Shown here in pieces: positions 14,127 to 27,889 of a stretch of 64,000 nt of DNA. The notes beneath the pieces are model-generated. The model ran no database searches. It saw nothing but the letters and a program-made list of their open reading frames with translations, and was not told where the DNA came from. The stretch lies in the NCBI GenBank assembly GCA_951406725.2, contig OX597835.1, positions 39,928,001 to 39,992,000 on the forward strand, read 5' to 3'. Each line of letters opens with the position of its first letter. Positions within the stretch are counted from its first letter, which is position 1. The stretch is from Octopus vulgaris (taxonomy: Eukaryota). Position numbers and translations under genes: made by a program.

Positions 14127-14464
14127 TTCCACTGCCGGTGCTGGAAAATTTTCGCCTACCACTGATTTTCTGTACTTTTAAGTACTTCATGTCTATACGA
14201 GATGGTTTCTCAAGACGAATACCACCGTATTAGGGCGTTCTTATAATACATCCATGTTAAAGAGGTTATAATGCTTGCTATTCGCTAATAATACTGATTC
14301 CGTCGCTAATAACTAAAGTGGAATTTACTTTATACTGTGAGGGGAGGAAAAAAGAAGAGACATATTCCGAACAGAACTCTTCACTATGCATGGATTTATT
14401 AATGGCATAATGACCCTCCCGAGATACAACAAAATGTGTCTCAACATACGAATTCAGATCAAAA

Positions 14465-14520
<56 letters not shown>

Positions 14521-14949
14521 TATATATATATGGGGTTGATTTGTTCGACTAAAGGCGGTGCTCCGTCTACGAAATCCATTCATAAGGCTTTGGACAATTC
14601 GAGGCTACAGTAAAAGACACTTGACCAAGGTTGCATGCAGTAAGACTGAAATGCATGTCCTACTAAATGCATGGCCACAGTCAAATGACTGAAACAAGTA
14701 AAGAAATAAAAGAAAGAGTATAATTCAATTCAAAGAAGTGCCACGCAAAATGCTGATGCTGTTGAAATCCCGAAGATCCGATCGATGAGATTATTTCATG
14801 TGGAGTAAATTAAACCATAAAAAGTCAGATGGTCTGAGAGATGAACATATTCATTTAACCACTTGACATTCTTAGGATTATGGCTGCTTCGTTGCCTTCT
14901 TCATGGAGTAATAATATTTTTTTTCAGTGTTTAATAAAGTTATGCTTAC

Positions 14950-15593
14950 AAACATCAGCATCAAGATCGATAATGAAGAGATCGAAGTGGTTGATGATTT
15001 CATCTTCCTTGGCTCCAAAATAAATCGTGATGGTGACTGCACTCCAGAAATAAGATGGTGGATAGTACTAGGCAGAGAGGCAATGGTCAGCATGAGCAGG
15101 GTCTGGAAGAGTAGAGACATCAGACTCGCTACCAAATGCAGATTGGTGAATGCAATTGTCTTCCCAATAGCAACATATGGATGCGAGACCTGAACACTAA
15201 AGAAAGCTGACCAGAAGAGAATTAATGCATTCGAGCTTTGGTGTCGGAGAAGACTTTTACGGATTCCATGGACAGCGAGGCTCACCAATGGAGAAGTTCT
15301 TAAGCAAATAAGGCCGAAAATGTCGCTAGAAGCTAGGATCACCAAGCGTAGATTGGCATATTTCGGTCATATTATGCGGAGAAAATCTCTGGAGAAGGAA
15401 ATCATGCTCGGAATGGTCAGTGGCAAGAGAGGAAGAGGCCGACCAAGAACCCGCTGGCTTGACACCATCAAGAGTGATACCGGAATAGACATAGCCAGTC
15501 TGAAAGAAGCGGCCCCGAATAGAACTGACTGGAGGACACTGATCCATGGAGTAACCGAGAGTCGACTTCGACTGAGCGGATAGATAGATAGAC
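14950..15593 (+). mobile_element. 5'-truncated RTE-clade (BovB-like) LINE, 3' end of the ORF with a (GATA)n tail
   Basis: IEVVDDFIFLGS..YGCET*TL..INAFELWCRRRLLRIPWT..LAYFGHIMRR..GKRGRGRPRTRWLD..WRTLIHGVTESRLRLSG*; one in-frame stop at 15191-15193. Confidence 0.93.
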
Positions 15594-15874
15594 ATGTTCG
15601 CATTTATATGCATGCTTTAGAGTTGAATCACTGGTGCAACCATGATTTACTGGTGATCTGATGAGCCAGCCTTCTTCATTTGCATTGATTTGTGAATGTA
15701 CAATTGTATTGCATACTGCATAGCAAGCATATTAATCCAAACATGTAAATATAATTTTATTCCACACTGAAATTAATATTAAATGAAGAAGGTTCTGAAA
15801 AGGTCATAACCCTAAGGATGTCCAGTGGTTAAATAGATATATTCACTTCTCATACCTCCTGATTATTTTATCGA

Positions 15875-16203
<329 letters not shown>

Positions 16204-17334
16204 GACAAGCTTCCACACTGTCTATTTATAAAGCATCGGTAGGCCCAAGGTACCACGGATTGGGACTGAACCCGAGACTACATGGTTGCAAAGTGAACTT
16301 CTTAACGACGCAACCATATGATAATGAAAAAAAATGTTCAGAATTAGATCCTTCATATCGAACGATAATGTGTGGCAACAGTCAATGAGTAACTTTGTTC
16401 TGACATTGAACTCTTAAGCCCTATCTTTACAGCTAGATACACATTGCTGTCAAATACAATGGATTCTAGAAAGATCGGCACCAGACAGACCAGCGAGGAA
16501 AGATCTAATGAACAGGTGGCGCTTGTGAAAGAAAAATTTCAGGCGATCAAGACGTTAAGATTGGCTGTTAAAAGGTGGAGGTCAATGAGAACACAAGTTA
16601 ATAGACACAAAATGGAGGTCAGCAAACGAGCAAATTAAAATCTTTAACTGAAAACAAAAATGGAATTGAATAGAATAAAATAGGATGAAAATAAAGTTAG
16701 ATACACAACACACGCCCGCACACCAATACGATAAAATAACTGACAATAATAACTAAGGCAAAACAGCGACAGAGATATATTGAGCGTATAATGTAGGATA
16801 GATTTCCTATCGTGTCTTTACTGGGTCAGATTTAGTGCAACCAGTAAATCTGGCAGACTAAGCACATTCCAGCGGGAATGGCTGAGGTTTATCGTCGGTT
16901 GAAATCTGGGGACTAGTTCGTGGGAGGGGAATAAAGCCGGGGCAAAGATGCGGCCGATTACAGCCACAGACAAACTAAAGCTTTTTGCGGTGGACACACA
17001 GATTCGTCTAGATTATAAGTTCTGGCTATTGAAAGTGTGCGCAAAACCGAACAGAGATTTATTTGACTGATTACTCTTGTTGACCGTTAGAGCTATTAAA
17101 TCAAATAGCGAAACGGTTCCCAAGTGTCCCCTTTTTTTCTTTAATTATCACACTTTTAATAAAAATATTAATTGGCACGAAAATATTTTTTTTTAAATCT
17201 GTGTTCGGCCAAGATGGCTGAAAAATCTTAATTATAAAAAAATATAATACTTTCGCACTTAAGGTACGAAGCCAGCTTTCTGAAGGGAGGGAGTTAGTCT
17301 ATACTCTCGCCCCCAGTTCTTAACTGGTAAAAAA

Positions 17335-17590
17335 TAAATAAATGTGCCCTTTTAAAGCCTAGCCAGGCTCATGGGCCCGGTTTCCCTGTTTCAATGGCGT
17401 ATGTGTTCTCCAGCTGGATGGGACGCCAGTTCATCGCAGTGTTACTCATTTTTGCCAGCTGAGTGGACAGGAGCAACGTGAAATGAAGTGTTTTGCTCAA
17501 GAACCCAACGCGTCACCCGGTCCAGGAATCGAAACCACAATCTTACGATCATGATGTTGACACCCTAACCACTATGCCACGTGCCTCCGC
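17335..17590 (-). mobile_element. tRNA-derived SINE family C
   Basis: Minus strand GTGGCATAGTGG (A box), GGTTTCGATTCC (B box), TTCTTGAGCAAAACACTT; other copies at 39997-40224 (+), ~19620-19832 (-), ~44490-44600 (-), ~51800-51960 (+). Confidence 0.85.
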
Positions 17591-18316
17591 AGTTCTTAAG
17601 TGGTACTTTATTTTAACGACCCCGAAAGAACGAAAGGCGAAGCTGACCTTAAAATGTAATGAGCAGGAAGAAAGGCTGCTGAGAATTCTTTTCAAGTGCC
17701 TTAACGATTCTTCTTGCTCGCTGGCTTGAAATAATTATGTCAAATTATGGTACAAGTCGAGCGGTTTTATAGGAAGTGGGTTAATTCAGCAGTTCTCAAC
17801 TGGGATACACATAACAATTTTAGGGGGTCCACGCAATCAAAATAGTAAATAGGGAATTCACAAGTAGCATTTTGAGGGTCCATGAAAAAATTTAAGATGT
17901 ATTTATTGCAAGAAACGACTAGGTTTCTTTCTCTAACGTTTTACATAATTCGACCTATACAAGTGAACATGTGAAAGACAACATGTGAAAGACAAAAATG
18001 TTGAAAGAAGTATCTATAAAATTAGTTTCTAAACATAGCAATTTTTAGGAGAATGGTGGGGTGGGGTTAGTTCGATTGCATCAATCCCAAGCGCATAACA
18101 GGTACTTACTTTATTGACCCCAAAAAGGGGAGGAAAGGCAAAGTCGACCACAACGGAAGTTGAACTTAGAACCTTGAAAAGCCGTGAAAAAATGCAGCTA
18201 AGCATTTTGTTCGACGCACTAACGCCCAATAAAAATAATAACAATAATGCTTTCTTTATTTATACAGTAGGCGCACAAACGTTCGAAACCTCAGTCCCAT
18301 GTATTCAATGAACTTT

Positions 18317-18357
<41 letters not shown>

Positions 18358-18951
18358 ATAAAGATAAAATAAACGGACTTTGTTCCTTTCTTTCTTTCCT
18401 TCTCTCTTTATTATTTGTTATTGTTGTTTTGTGTTTAGAAAGGCAATTTGTTTTCTGGTTTTATTCTTATAATTCTATGCGTTTCTTTCCAGCAAGCGCT
18501 GAATGGGCCTCGCTTCACTTGCTTCTAAAATCTCACTTGCTCTATTCACCTCAAAAAACCTTTCGGTGCAGTTCGATTATTCCAGCCAATGAATTCACTT
18601 TGTCCCGCCATTATAACTAAACACACACCACACACACACACACGCACACACACACACACACACACACATTTTTATATACATGTGTGTGAGTGTCGGTGTG
18701 GGTGATAAACAGTTCAGTACGAACCAACAAGGAAGCTTGTGTCAGAAGTTTTTAACCTGGGTAATAAGCGCCACCTCACCTGTATTTTGAACCTGTGTAA
18801 AAGCGTCCCACTCGCTTTTTGTGGTTAACCTTGATAGCTGCACTTTTGAGGATATCGTGAGCTTACAAGAGAGCAGCAAATATCAAGGGGGTTAACTAAA
18901 GGCTATAGGAGCGTTAAGTATTTAAGGAAGACAAATTTTCTTAGAACTATA

Positions 18952-19181
18952 TATTTCTTTACTACCCACAAGGGGCTAAACACAGAGGGGACAAACAAGG
19001 ACAGACAAACGGATTAAGTCGATTATAATGACCCCAGTGTGTAACTGGTACTTAATTTATCGACTCCGAAAGGATGAAAGGCAAAGCCGACCTCGGCGGA
19101 ATTTGAACTCAGAACGTAACGACAGACGAAATACGGCTACGCATTTCGCCCGGCGTGCTAACGTTTCTGCCAGCTCGCCGC
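18952..19181 (-). mobile_element. SINE family A, full length
   Basis: Near-identical to 1374-1599. Confidence 0.9.
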
Positions 19182-19835
19182 CCATTTTCTTAGAACTATA
19201 TTTAAAGAAGTACAATACTTGCATGTTTTAGCTCCCTTCGCCCTTTTTTTTTTTTTTTTTGTAATTTGTCCACGTTACTGTATTTTTTATGCACTGTATG
19301 TAAAAAAAAAATAGGCGCAGGAGTAGCTGTGTGGTAAGTAGCTTGCTTACCAACCACATGGTTCCGGGTTCAGTCCCACTACGTGGCACCTTGGGCAAGT
19401 GTCTTCTACTATAAGCATTGGACCGACCAAAGCCTTGTGAGTGGATTTGGTAGACGGAAACTGAAAGAAGCCCGTCGTATATATGTATATATGTGTGTGT
19501 GTTTGGTATTTCTAAATAAAATTTGAAAATTCTATTTTTATTTATCAGCTGTTGCAATCTGCAAAGTGACTTTTTTCTTTTCTGTTTTTTTTTTTTTTTT
19601 TGCGTTACATATGTATTATGAGGTTCAAAGGTCCTTCCCGAGCCAAAGGCTCACAAGGGACGGTTTCTCGGATTCCCTTTTTTTTTTTTTTCTTTTGCCA
19701 GCTGAGTGGACTGGAGCAGCATGAAATGAAATGCTTTGTTCCAGACCAAACGCATCGCCCGGTTCAGAAATCGAAACCACAATCTTACGACCACGAGAGC
19801 AACACCTTCACCACTAAACCACACGCCTCCACATA

Positions 19836-20413
19836 CACAGACATGCAAGAAATAAATAGACACCTTTAATTTTCAAAATTTCTGATCTAAGTGTCTTAAT
19901 ATGTTTTCAGTGGTGTAGAATTTACAATGTAATTATTCTTTTTCATTCCAGGTGCCATTATATTAAACATTTGCCAAGAGTAACCATGCCACGCACAAAA
20001 AATTCAGCAGAACTGCCAGATTTTCAAACAGGTCGTATTGTTGGGCAATCTGTGGCTGGTCTTAGCCAGCGAAAAATTGCCGAAAATCTTCAAATTTCTC
20101 TTGCTACTGTTAATAGAATTATAGTGCAATTCAAAAGCCAAAGAAAAGAATCAATAGATTCTCATCCCGGCCGACCTGGGTCCTCGGAAAGGAATCTTCG
20201 CTGTTTGAAGAGAATTGTGGAAAACGAACCATGTTCGAAAGTTTCTGGCATTGCCAAACAGCTAGAAGTTAGTCCAAGAACGTGTGCTACATATCTGCAT
20301 AAGCTTGGGTATTATGGACGAGCAGCTAGAAGAAAACCTCTCCTTCAACCAATTAATATCAAATAAAAGATTTTGAAAATTAAAGGTGTCTATTTACTTC
20401 CTGCATGTCTGTG
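19836..20413 (+). mobile_element. Internally deleted Tc1-like transposon (578 bp)
   Basis: ~44-bp TIRs CACAGACATGCARGAARTAAATAGACACCTTTAATTTTCAAAAT with 2 mismatches; TA at 19834-35 and 20414-15. Confidence 0.92.
19986..20366 (+). CDS. Truncated Tc1 transposase: open paired-like DNA-binding domain only (126 aa), no DDE domain; expression unknown
   Basis: MPRTKNSAEL..GLSQRKIAENLQISLATVNRII..PGRP..IAKQLEVSPRT..LGYYGRAARRKPLL, then a stop just before the right TIR. Confidence 0.6.
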   Translation: MPRTKNSAELPDFQTGRIVGQSVAGLSQRKIAENLQISLATVNRIIVQFKSQRKESIDSHPGRPGSSERNLRCLKRIVENEPCSKVSGIAKQLEVSPRTCATYLHKLGYYGRAARRKPLLQPINIK

Positions 20414-20416
20414 TAT

Positions 20417-20794
20417 ACTCTTTAACTCTTTTACTTGTTTCAGTCATTTGACTGCGACCATGCTGGAACATCGCCTTTAGTCGAGCAAATCGACCCCAGG
20501 ACTTATTCTTTGTAAGTCTAGTACTTATCCTATCGGTCTCTTTTGCTGAACCGCTAAGTTACGGGGGGGGGGAATAAACACACCAGCAGCGGTTGTCAAG
20601 CGATGTTGAGGGGACAAACACACACACATATATATACATAGACATATACATATATACGACGGGCTTCTTTCAGTTTCCAAGGCTTTGGTCGGCCCGAGGC
20701 TATAGTAGAAGACACTTGCCCAAGGTGCCACACGGTAGGACTGAACCCAGAACCATGTGGTTGGTAAGCAAGCTACTTACCACACAGCCACTCC
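20417..20794 (-). mobile_element. SINE family B
   Basis: Family sequence, directly abutting the Tc1 TA. Confidence 0.87.
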
Positions 20795-21615
20795 AACACC
20801 TATATATAATAATTAGCTTGCATATTTATTATAGTTTGTGTTTTGTTATGTGCATGGTTACTTAACCCATGGAGGACATGTTCTGCATAAAATGCAAAAA
20901 AGGTTGGGGGCCGCTGCCTTACGGTGTTCGATCCAAGTCTGTCCGCTCTGTATAAAAAATCCCGCCGTGACCTGCTTTAATACTATTTTAAAGACAACAA
21001 CACTAATTAATTGCGTAAACATTGACTTTCTAAAGTATTGATTCTAGGTCAATAATAATTGTGTGAAGTTACTACTTCAAAAAAACAAAAAAACTAAAAA
21101 AAATCACCCATTTAATGTTCTGGTTATTCGATAAAGTTGTCGCTAATTATTCCCGTCTCTCTTTCGTCACTTCGAAATGTTCTTTCTTTAGCAGACGATT
21201 CCAGTCGTCTCCATAATTCATTGTTCAACATGTCTTTCACATCTTCACTGATTCCAGAATCCTTCCACTCAATTTCCCACACTTTCTACACGTTCAGCCC
21301 TTCCCCGCCTCTCCCCCACCCCATATTTTATAATTCTTTCTCAATCTCACAACTTCCTTTCATTTTCTTACTCTCCCTGCTACCCTTTCTTGCGACTGTC
21401 TCCTAACTCAGTTAACTTTCCATATAATTAACAGCACCAGAAGTAAAAATACCAAAAGGTAATATTTAACCCCACTTAAAAGCGGGTGTTGTGTTAGAAC
21501 ACAGTATACTGGGTTATTTAGTATAGAAGAACCTCTCATATGGACTTGTGGTGCATATAAGCACTCGTGTTTATATCACTAGCAGGAAATAATCATCCGC
21601 TATCACCACCAGACA

Positions 21616-21658
21616 ACCAGATCACGTAATTTCGGCCTTCCTTGACCTCGTCAGTTGT
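21616..21658 (-). ncRNA. Type I hammerhead ribozyme, same helix III type as 14080-14126
   Basis: Minus strand ACAA-CTGACGA-GGTCaaggaaGGCC-GAAA-TTACGTGA-TC-TGGT; intact core, AUC site, one mismatch in helix I. Confidence 0.7.
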
Positions 21659-21877
21659 AAACGCCCGAATGTAGAAATAGCTGCGATTCCTCCATCAGCG
21701 ATGTACGTAGAATCTCAGTATCTAATTAGGCACTGGAGTCACAAATAGCCATTAGGCTTATTAAAAAATAATTAATAGAAACAGAAGCAGTATTATTGCC
21801 AAGAGGTAATATTTATCTCTACTTAATAGTGGAGGTTGTGTTAGAAAACTGGATACTGCGGTAATTACCATTCTGTA

Positions 21878-22260
21878 TACTCTTTATTCTTTACTCTTTT
21901 ACTTGTTTCAGTCATTTGACTGCGGCCATACTGGAGCACCGCCTTTAAAGGGGGGCAAATCGACCCCAGGACTTATTCTTTGTAAGCCCAGTACTTATTC
22001 TATCGGTCTCTTTTGCCCAACTGCTAAGTTACGAGGACGTAAACACACCAGCATCGGTTGTCAAGCAATGCTAGAGGGACAAACACACAAACATACACAC
22101 ACACATACATATATATATATATACATATATACGACAGGCTTCTTTCAGTTTCCGTCTACCAAATCCACTCACAAGGCTTTGGTCGGCCCGAGGCTATAGC
22201 AGAAGACACTTGCCCAAGATGCCACGCAGTGGGACTGAACCCGGAACCATGTGGTTGGTT
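21878..22260 (-). mobile_element. SINE family B
   Basis: Family sequence. Confidence 0.87.
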
Positions 22261-23770
22261 ACCTATAATACAACATTTTATCAATAAGTCAGTTATAACT
22301 TTAAGGATTAGAGAGTAGCTATAGTAAAATAGTAAAATAGGGTAAAGACTCCCTTCGGTCATGAATGAACCTAGGATTGCACATAGAAAGTTCCTCTCCG
22401 GTGCACAAGTCCGGGCAAGGTTGTTTAAGGAAGACCAGCAGTTTCCCATGCATACCAGCCTCCCACTCTCCACGCCATTGATGTTATCCAAAGGAAAAGC
22501 AAAGACCGATACAGCTTGGCACCAGTGACATCACAACTCATTTCTACAGCTGAGTGACCCGGAGCAACGTGAAATAAAGTGTCTTGCTCAAGAACACAAC
22601 ACATAGCCCGCTCCGGGAATCGAACTCACTACCTCGTGATTGTGAGCCCGACGCTATGTTTCTTTTATCCTTTTATCTGTCATTTGTTTTAGTCATTGGA
22701 CTGTGGCCACGCTGGGGCACCGCCTTGAAGGGTTTTAGTCGAACAAATCGACCCCGGAATTTTTTGACAACCGATGATGTTGTGTTTGCGTCCCCGTAAC
22801 TTAGCGATTCGACAACAGATACCGATAGAATAAGTACTAGGCTTACAAACAATAAGTCCTGGGGTCGATTTGCCCGACTAAAGGCGGTCCTCCAGCGTGA
22901 CCGCAGTCAAATGACTGAAACAAGTAAAAGAGTAAAGAGAGTCTAACTTTTGTTGAGGAATGTCATGTTTGGAACTATACTTTTGTAAAGATATGTCAAG
23001 TTTATTGAGACAACGTGACTTGCAGAAAATACCAATTCTGTTTTTTGGATAAATATTTATCGTTATGACTGGAATAGCCATGAAATTGAATTTCGCAGTT
23101 AAAAAGTTAAACGATATTTGGCGCTCCAGTCTGGTACCAAAAATTTCATATTTACAAATTACTCAACATCTCAACTGGAATTACAATTATAAAAGACATT
23201 GCAATTTTGTGACTAATGAGAATATAGGGTGAGCTCGCAGGTGAGATCACAGGTAAGATCAAATGTGAGAGCACAGTTAAGATGAAACATGGATGACATT
23301 ATTGTAATTTTTTAAGGAAAAACACAAAGGAATGCAGAAAGACGGGGTGAAGTAATTATTCATGGATGGTAGGGTTTGCTATCTCCCTTGCTGAAGTCCA
23401 GTGCAAATAAAATTTAAAAAGAATAAATTAGAATTGGATTAAAATTTAAATAACCATTGGAATATTTAAAAACTAAAATGATATAGTAAAATATATTATG
23501 GTAAAAATATAAAGATTTGGAATAAGAGACGTTGACGTCTCACTTCAACTATAATCCTGACCCAAATTCTCGCCAGCAATAACAGCAGAATGTTCTTTGT
23601 AATTCGAATTCATGTATAAAAAATGTTGACTGATTTATTATATGAAACCTTAGGTACTTGATTATTAACTGGAATTTTATTAAACTATTAATTGTCCGTC
23701 TTCTGTTATTGAGGATTACTACTTCCAGTTCGTTAGTAACGTGTGTATATACAAGCATGCTCATATATAA

Positions 23771-23805
<35 letters not shown>

Positions 23806-24128
23806 TGTATGTATGTATGTATGTATGTATGCATGCAAAGCAATCAAGTTGGGTGTGGAAGCAGTGAAGGTTGCCTAAAGGTGGCTGTAGAGCAGGAGGT
23901 GCGAGTCATGGAAGGGCAGTGCCCCCAGGGGTAATGCTAACTGGACATAAACTGCGGCTTGACCAACCCCGGCCGGATCACCTAAGTGAGAGTGCCTGAT
24001 GTTGAAAGAACCGAAACGCCTAATAAGCCCAAGAATCATTACTGATGAAGTGTCCAGGTACACGAGCGGATGATGTAAGGAAAAACTCAATATATATATA
24101 GATATATAAGTGTGTGTGTATGTGTATG

Positions 24129-24183
<55 letters not shown>

Positions 24184-24189
24184 TATGTC

Positions 24190-24222
<33 letters not shown>

Positions 24223-24236
24223 ATATATATATAATA

Positions 24237-24267
<31 letters not shown>

Positions 24268-24271
<4 letters not shown>

Positions 24272-24805
24272 TTTACTCTTTTACTTGTTTCAGTCATTTG
24301 AATGTGGCCATGCTGGAGCACCGCCTTTGGTCGAGGAAATCGACCCCAGGACTTATTCTTTGTAAGCCTGGTACTTATTCTATCGGTCTCTTTTGCCGAA
24401 CCGCTATGTTACTGGGACGTAAACACACCAGCATCGGTTGTCAAGCGATGTTGGTGAAACAAACACAGACACACAAACACACACACACATACATATATAT
24501 AAACATATATACGACGGGCTTCTTTCAGTTTCCTATTTCTTTACTACCCACAAGGGGCTAAACACAGAGGGAACAAACAAGGACAGACAAATGGATTAAG
24601 TCGATTATATCGATACCAGTGTGTAACCCCGAAAGGATGAAAGGCAAACTCGAGTTTCCGTCCACCAAATCCACTCACAAGGCTTTGATCGGCCCGAGGC
24701 TATAGTAGAAGACACTTGCCCAAGGTGCCACGCAGTGGGACTGAACCCGGAACCATATGGTTGGTAAGCAAGCTACTTACCACACAGCCACTCCTACGCC
24801 ACTCC
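24268..24805 (-). mobile_element. SINE family B containing a nested family A fragment (~24533-24650)
   Basis: The B body is interrupted at CAGTTTCC by the A tail and resumes at GAGTTTCCGTCCACC. Confidence 0.85.
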
Positions 24806-24839
24806 TATATATAGATATATATACACACATATGTCTATT

Positions 24840-24872
<33 letters not shown>

Positions 24873-24982
24873 ACACACGCACACACGTTCTGCCAAATAG
24901 CAGGATGAGATCGAACTCGCTTAACTGCATAATCATGTTTTTTTGTTGTTTGTTTTTTTTTGTTTTGTTTCTTTGTTGTTGC

Positions 24983-25017
<35 letters not shown>

Positions 25018-25199
25018 TTCTCCATCGAGTCCCAAAATGGTTTAAAGGTAAAGGTCTCCGTTCCTGGAAGGTTTAGAACTAGGACAACGAGGTGTCGTGG
25101 GGTAGAGAAGGGTGAGTGTTATCTAAATACCACCACAGAACACATCCTGTATCCTGCCATGCGCCAATCATCAAACGAACGCCATCTTTATTAAAGATT

Positions 25200-25894
25200 T
25201 TATTGCTTTGCTTTGCCAAATTCTTTCTTTCTTTCCTTCCTTCTTTCTAGCTCTCTATCTATCTTTCTCTCTTTCAATCCTTCTATCTTTCTTTATGCCT
25301 ATTTTCCTTTCTTCCTTTATTCTTTCTTTCCTCCTTCCTTTCTTTCAATCATTCTTCACTTGCTCTTGCCTCCTTCTCATTCCTCTTTCTTTTCTACGTC
25401 TTTCATCATTCTCTCTGTCTTTCTTTTCCCTCTTTTATTCTCGCTTCCTTCTTTCTCTTCCTTTTTCCTCCAAACTTTCGTTCTTACTTCGTTTTTTTCT
25501 TTCTCCTTTTTGTTCTTTCGTTTCTTTGTTTCTTCTACCTCTTCTTTTTTCTCTCTCTCTCTCCCTCTCTCTCTTTTCCTCTTTCCTTCGCTCTCCCTCT
25601 CTCTTTTCCTCTTTCCTTCTCTCTCTCTTTCCCTCTCTCTCTCTCTCGTTTCCTCTTTCCCTCTCTCTCTCTTTCATTCTTTTTTTCTTTTTCTTTAGTT
25701 CGTAACGTTCTTTCATTTTACTTTCTTTTCTCTTTCGATCTTTCCTCATTCATTTCTTTCATCCAGCTCCACCCCCACCCCCACAACTTTATGTTTTCTT
25801 CTTCCCGTCATCCATTTCTCCTTGTTAATAGTATTGTGATGGTGGTAGTACGCTGTAGTGATAATAATTTTGTTGATGGAGACAGTACCGGCGA

Positions 25895-25965
<71 letters not shown>

Positions 25966-26222
25966 TTGTTACTGATGCTCATTATAACTACGGCTGTTAC
26001 CACTGTCGATGTTGGTGTTGTTGATGATGCAGATGGTGATGATGTTAGCGTTACGGTTGTCACTGATGAGGACGACGATGATGATGATGATGATGAGGAG
26101 GAGGAGGTAGAAAAAGAAGAAGAAGAAGAAGAAGAAGAAGAGGTGGAGGAACAGGAGGAAGACGAGAAAGAGGATGATGTATATGATGATGTTTTTGACG
26201 TTGTAGTCGATGATGTTGATTG

Positions 26223-26263
<41 letters not shown>

Positions 26264-27117
26264 TGAGGAGGAGGAGGGGTTGGAGGAGGAGGGGTTGGAG
26301 GAGGAGTGGTAGGAGGGGTAGGAGGAGGAAAAGAAGCCAGAGTATGAAGTCGATGATGATGAGGTTGATATTACTGTTGTTATCGATGATGATGATGATG
26401 ATGATGATTTCCTTTTATCATTCATTCGTTCGTATCGCCGTTTCTTCAGCCCCCCCTCACTCTCCTTCCCAGACCCTCACCTCCTCACCGCCGCCACTAC
26501 ACTAATGTTAAACCCGTCATGCTTAACCAGCGTCACCACCACTATCATCACCCTCATCACCACCATCACCACCACCATAACCCCTACAACCTCTACTAGC
26601 ACCACCAGCAACACCATTCACCACCACCACCATCATCTACACCACCACCACCACCACCACCACAACTGTGACCGCCACCTACCACTACCCCAACCCCTTG
26701 TACCCCTGATCCCTACTCCCACCTCTGTCACCACCACCATCGTTCACCACCACCACCATCACCACCACCACCATCACCACCACCACCACCACTGCGACCG
26801 CCACATACCCCGACCCCTTCGTACCCCTGATCCCTACTCCCACCCCTCCCCCTCCCCTCCCGACAACTTTACTTCCTCCATTCAATATTTGTCTTTCTTG
26901 TTATATCACTCCACCTCTGGACCCCCCCCCCACCGCTCAATTGACTCCCTGCTGCTTCCCTTTCTCTCCCCCTCCCCCTCCACCCCCAACTAACCAGCTC
27001 ACCGCATCGTCCCTATTGCCCCCTTCGTTCCCTATTGCGCCCCAATCAAAAGTTAAAAGTCTCCCTCTCTCCAACGATGCCACCAACATATCTCTACACA
27101 CCTAATATAGGTCCTCA

Positions 27118-27153
<36 letters not shown>

Positions 27154-27852
27154 AGACACATAACACACACATACACTAACATATATATATATATGCACAC
27201 ATAACACACGCATACACACACTCTCTCTCTCTCTACTCGCTCTCTTTTTCTCTCCTTCTTATACGAATACACAAACCCACATACATATATACACATGCTC
27301 TCGCGCACACCCACACACACACATATATACACTCACACACAACAAGCACACACACACACACATACAGACACACTCACACACCCGACACACACATAGACCT
27401 ACTCACACACACGACACACACATATACACTCACAACAAGCACACACACGCATACAAACACACTCACACATCCGACACACACATACACCACATAGACCTAA
27501 TAACACACACACACACACTCAGATATACACTCACACACAACAAGCACACACACATACAGACACACACACACACACACGACACACATACACACACAAGCAC
27601 ACATCCACACACACACCCGACACACATACATACACACAAATAAAGTCCCCTTATTACAAGGGAGTAATTAATTCCTAATTAGGCTCGTCTCATAAAAGAA
27701 ATCAACCGTCGAGAATGAATGGGTGAATGACACGCTACAAACAACATCGCAATAATTGTTTGGAAATATCCTCATTGTTATTTTTATTCTTATCATTATT
27801 ATTATTATTATTATCATTATTATTATCATTATTATTATTATTATTATCATTA

Positions 27853-27889
<37 letters not shown>

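Noticed and set aside
16640-16975. Possible solo LTR
   Set aside because: No second copy, TG..CA ends, TSD or primer-binding site could be established by eye.
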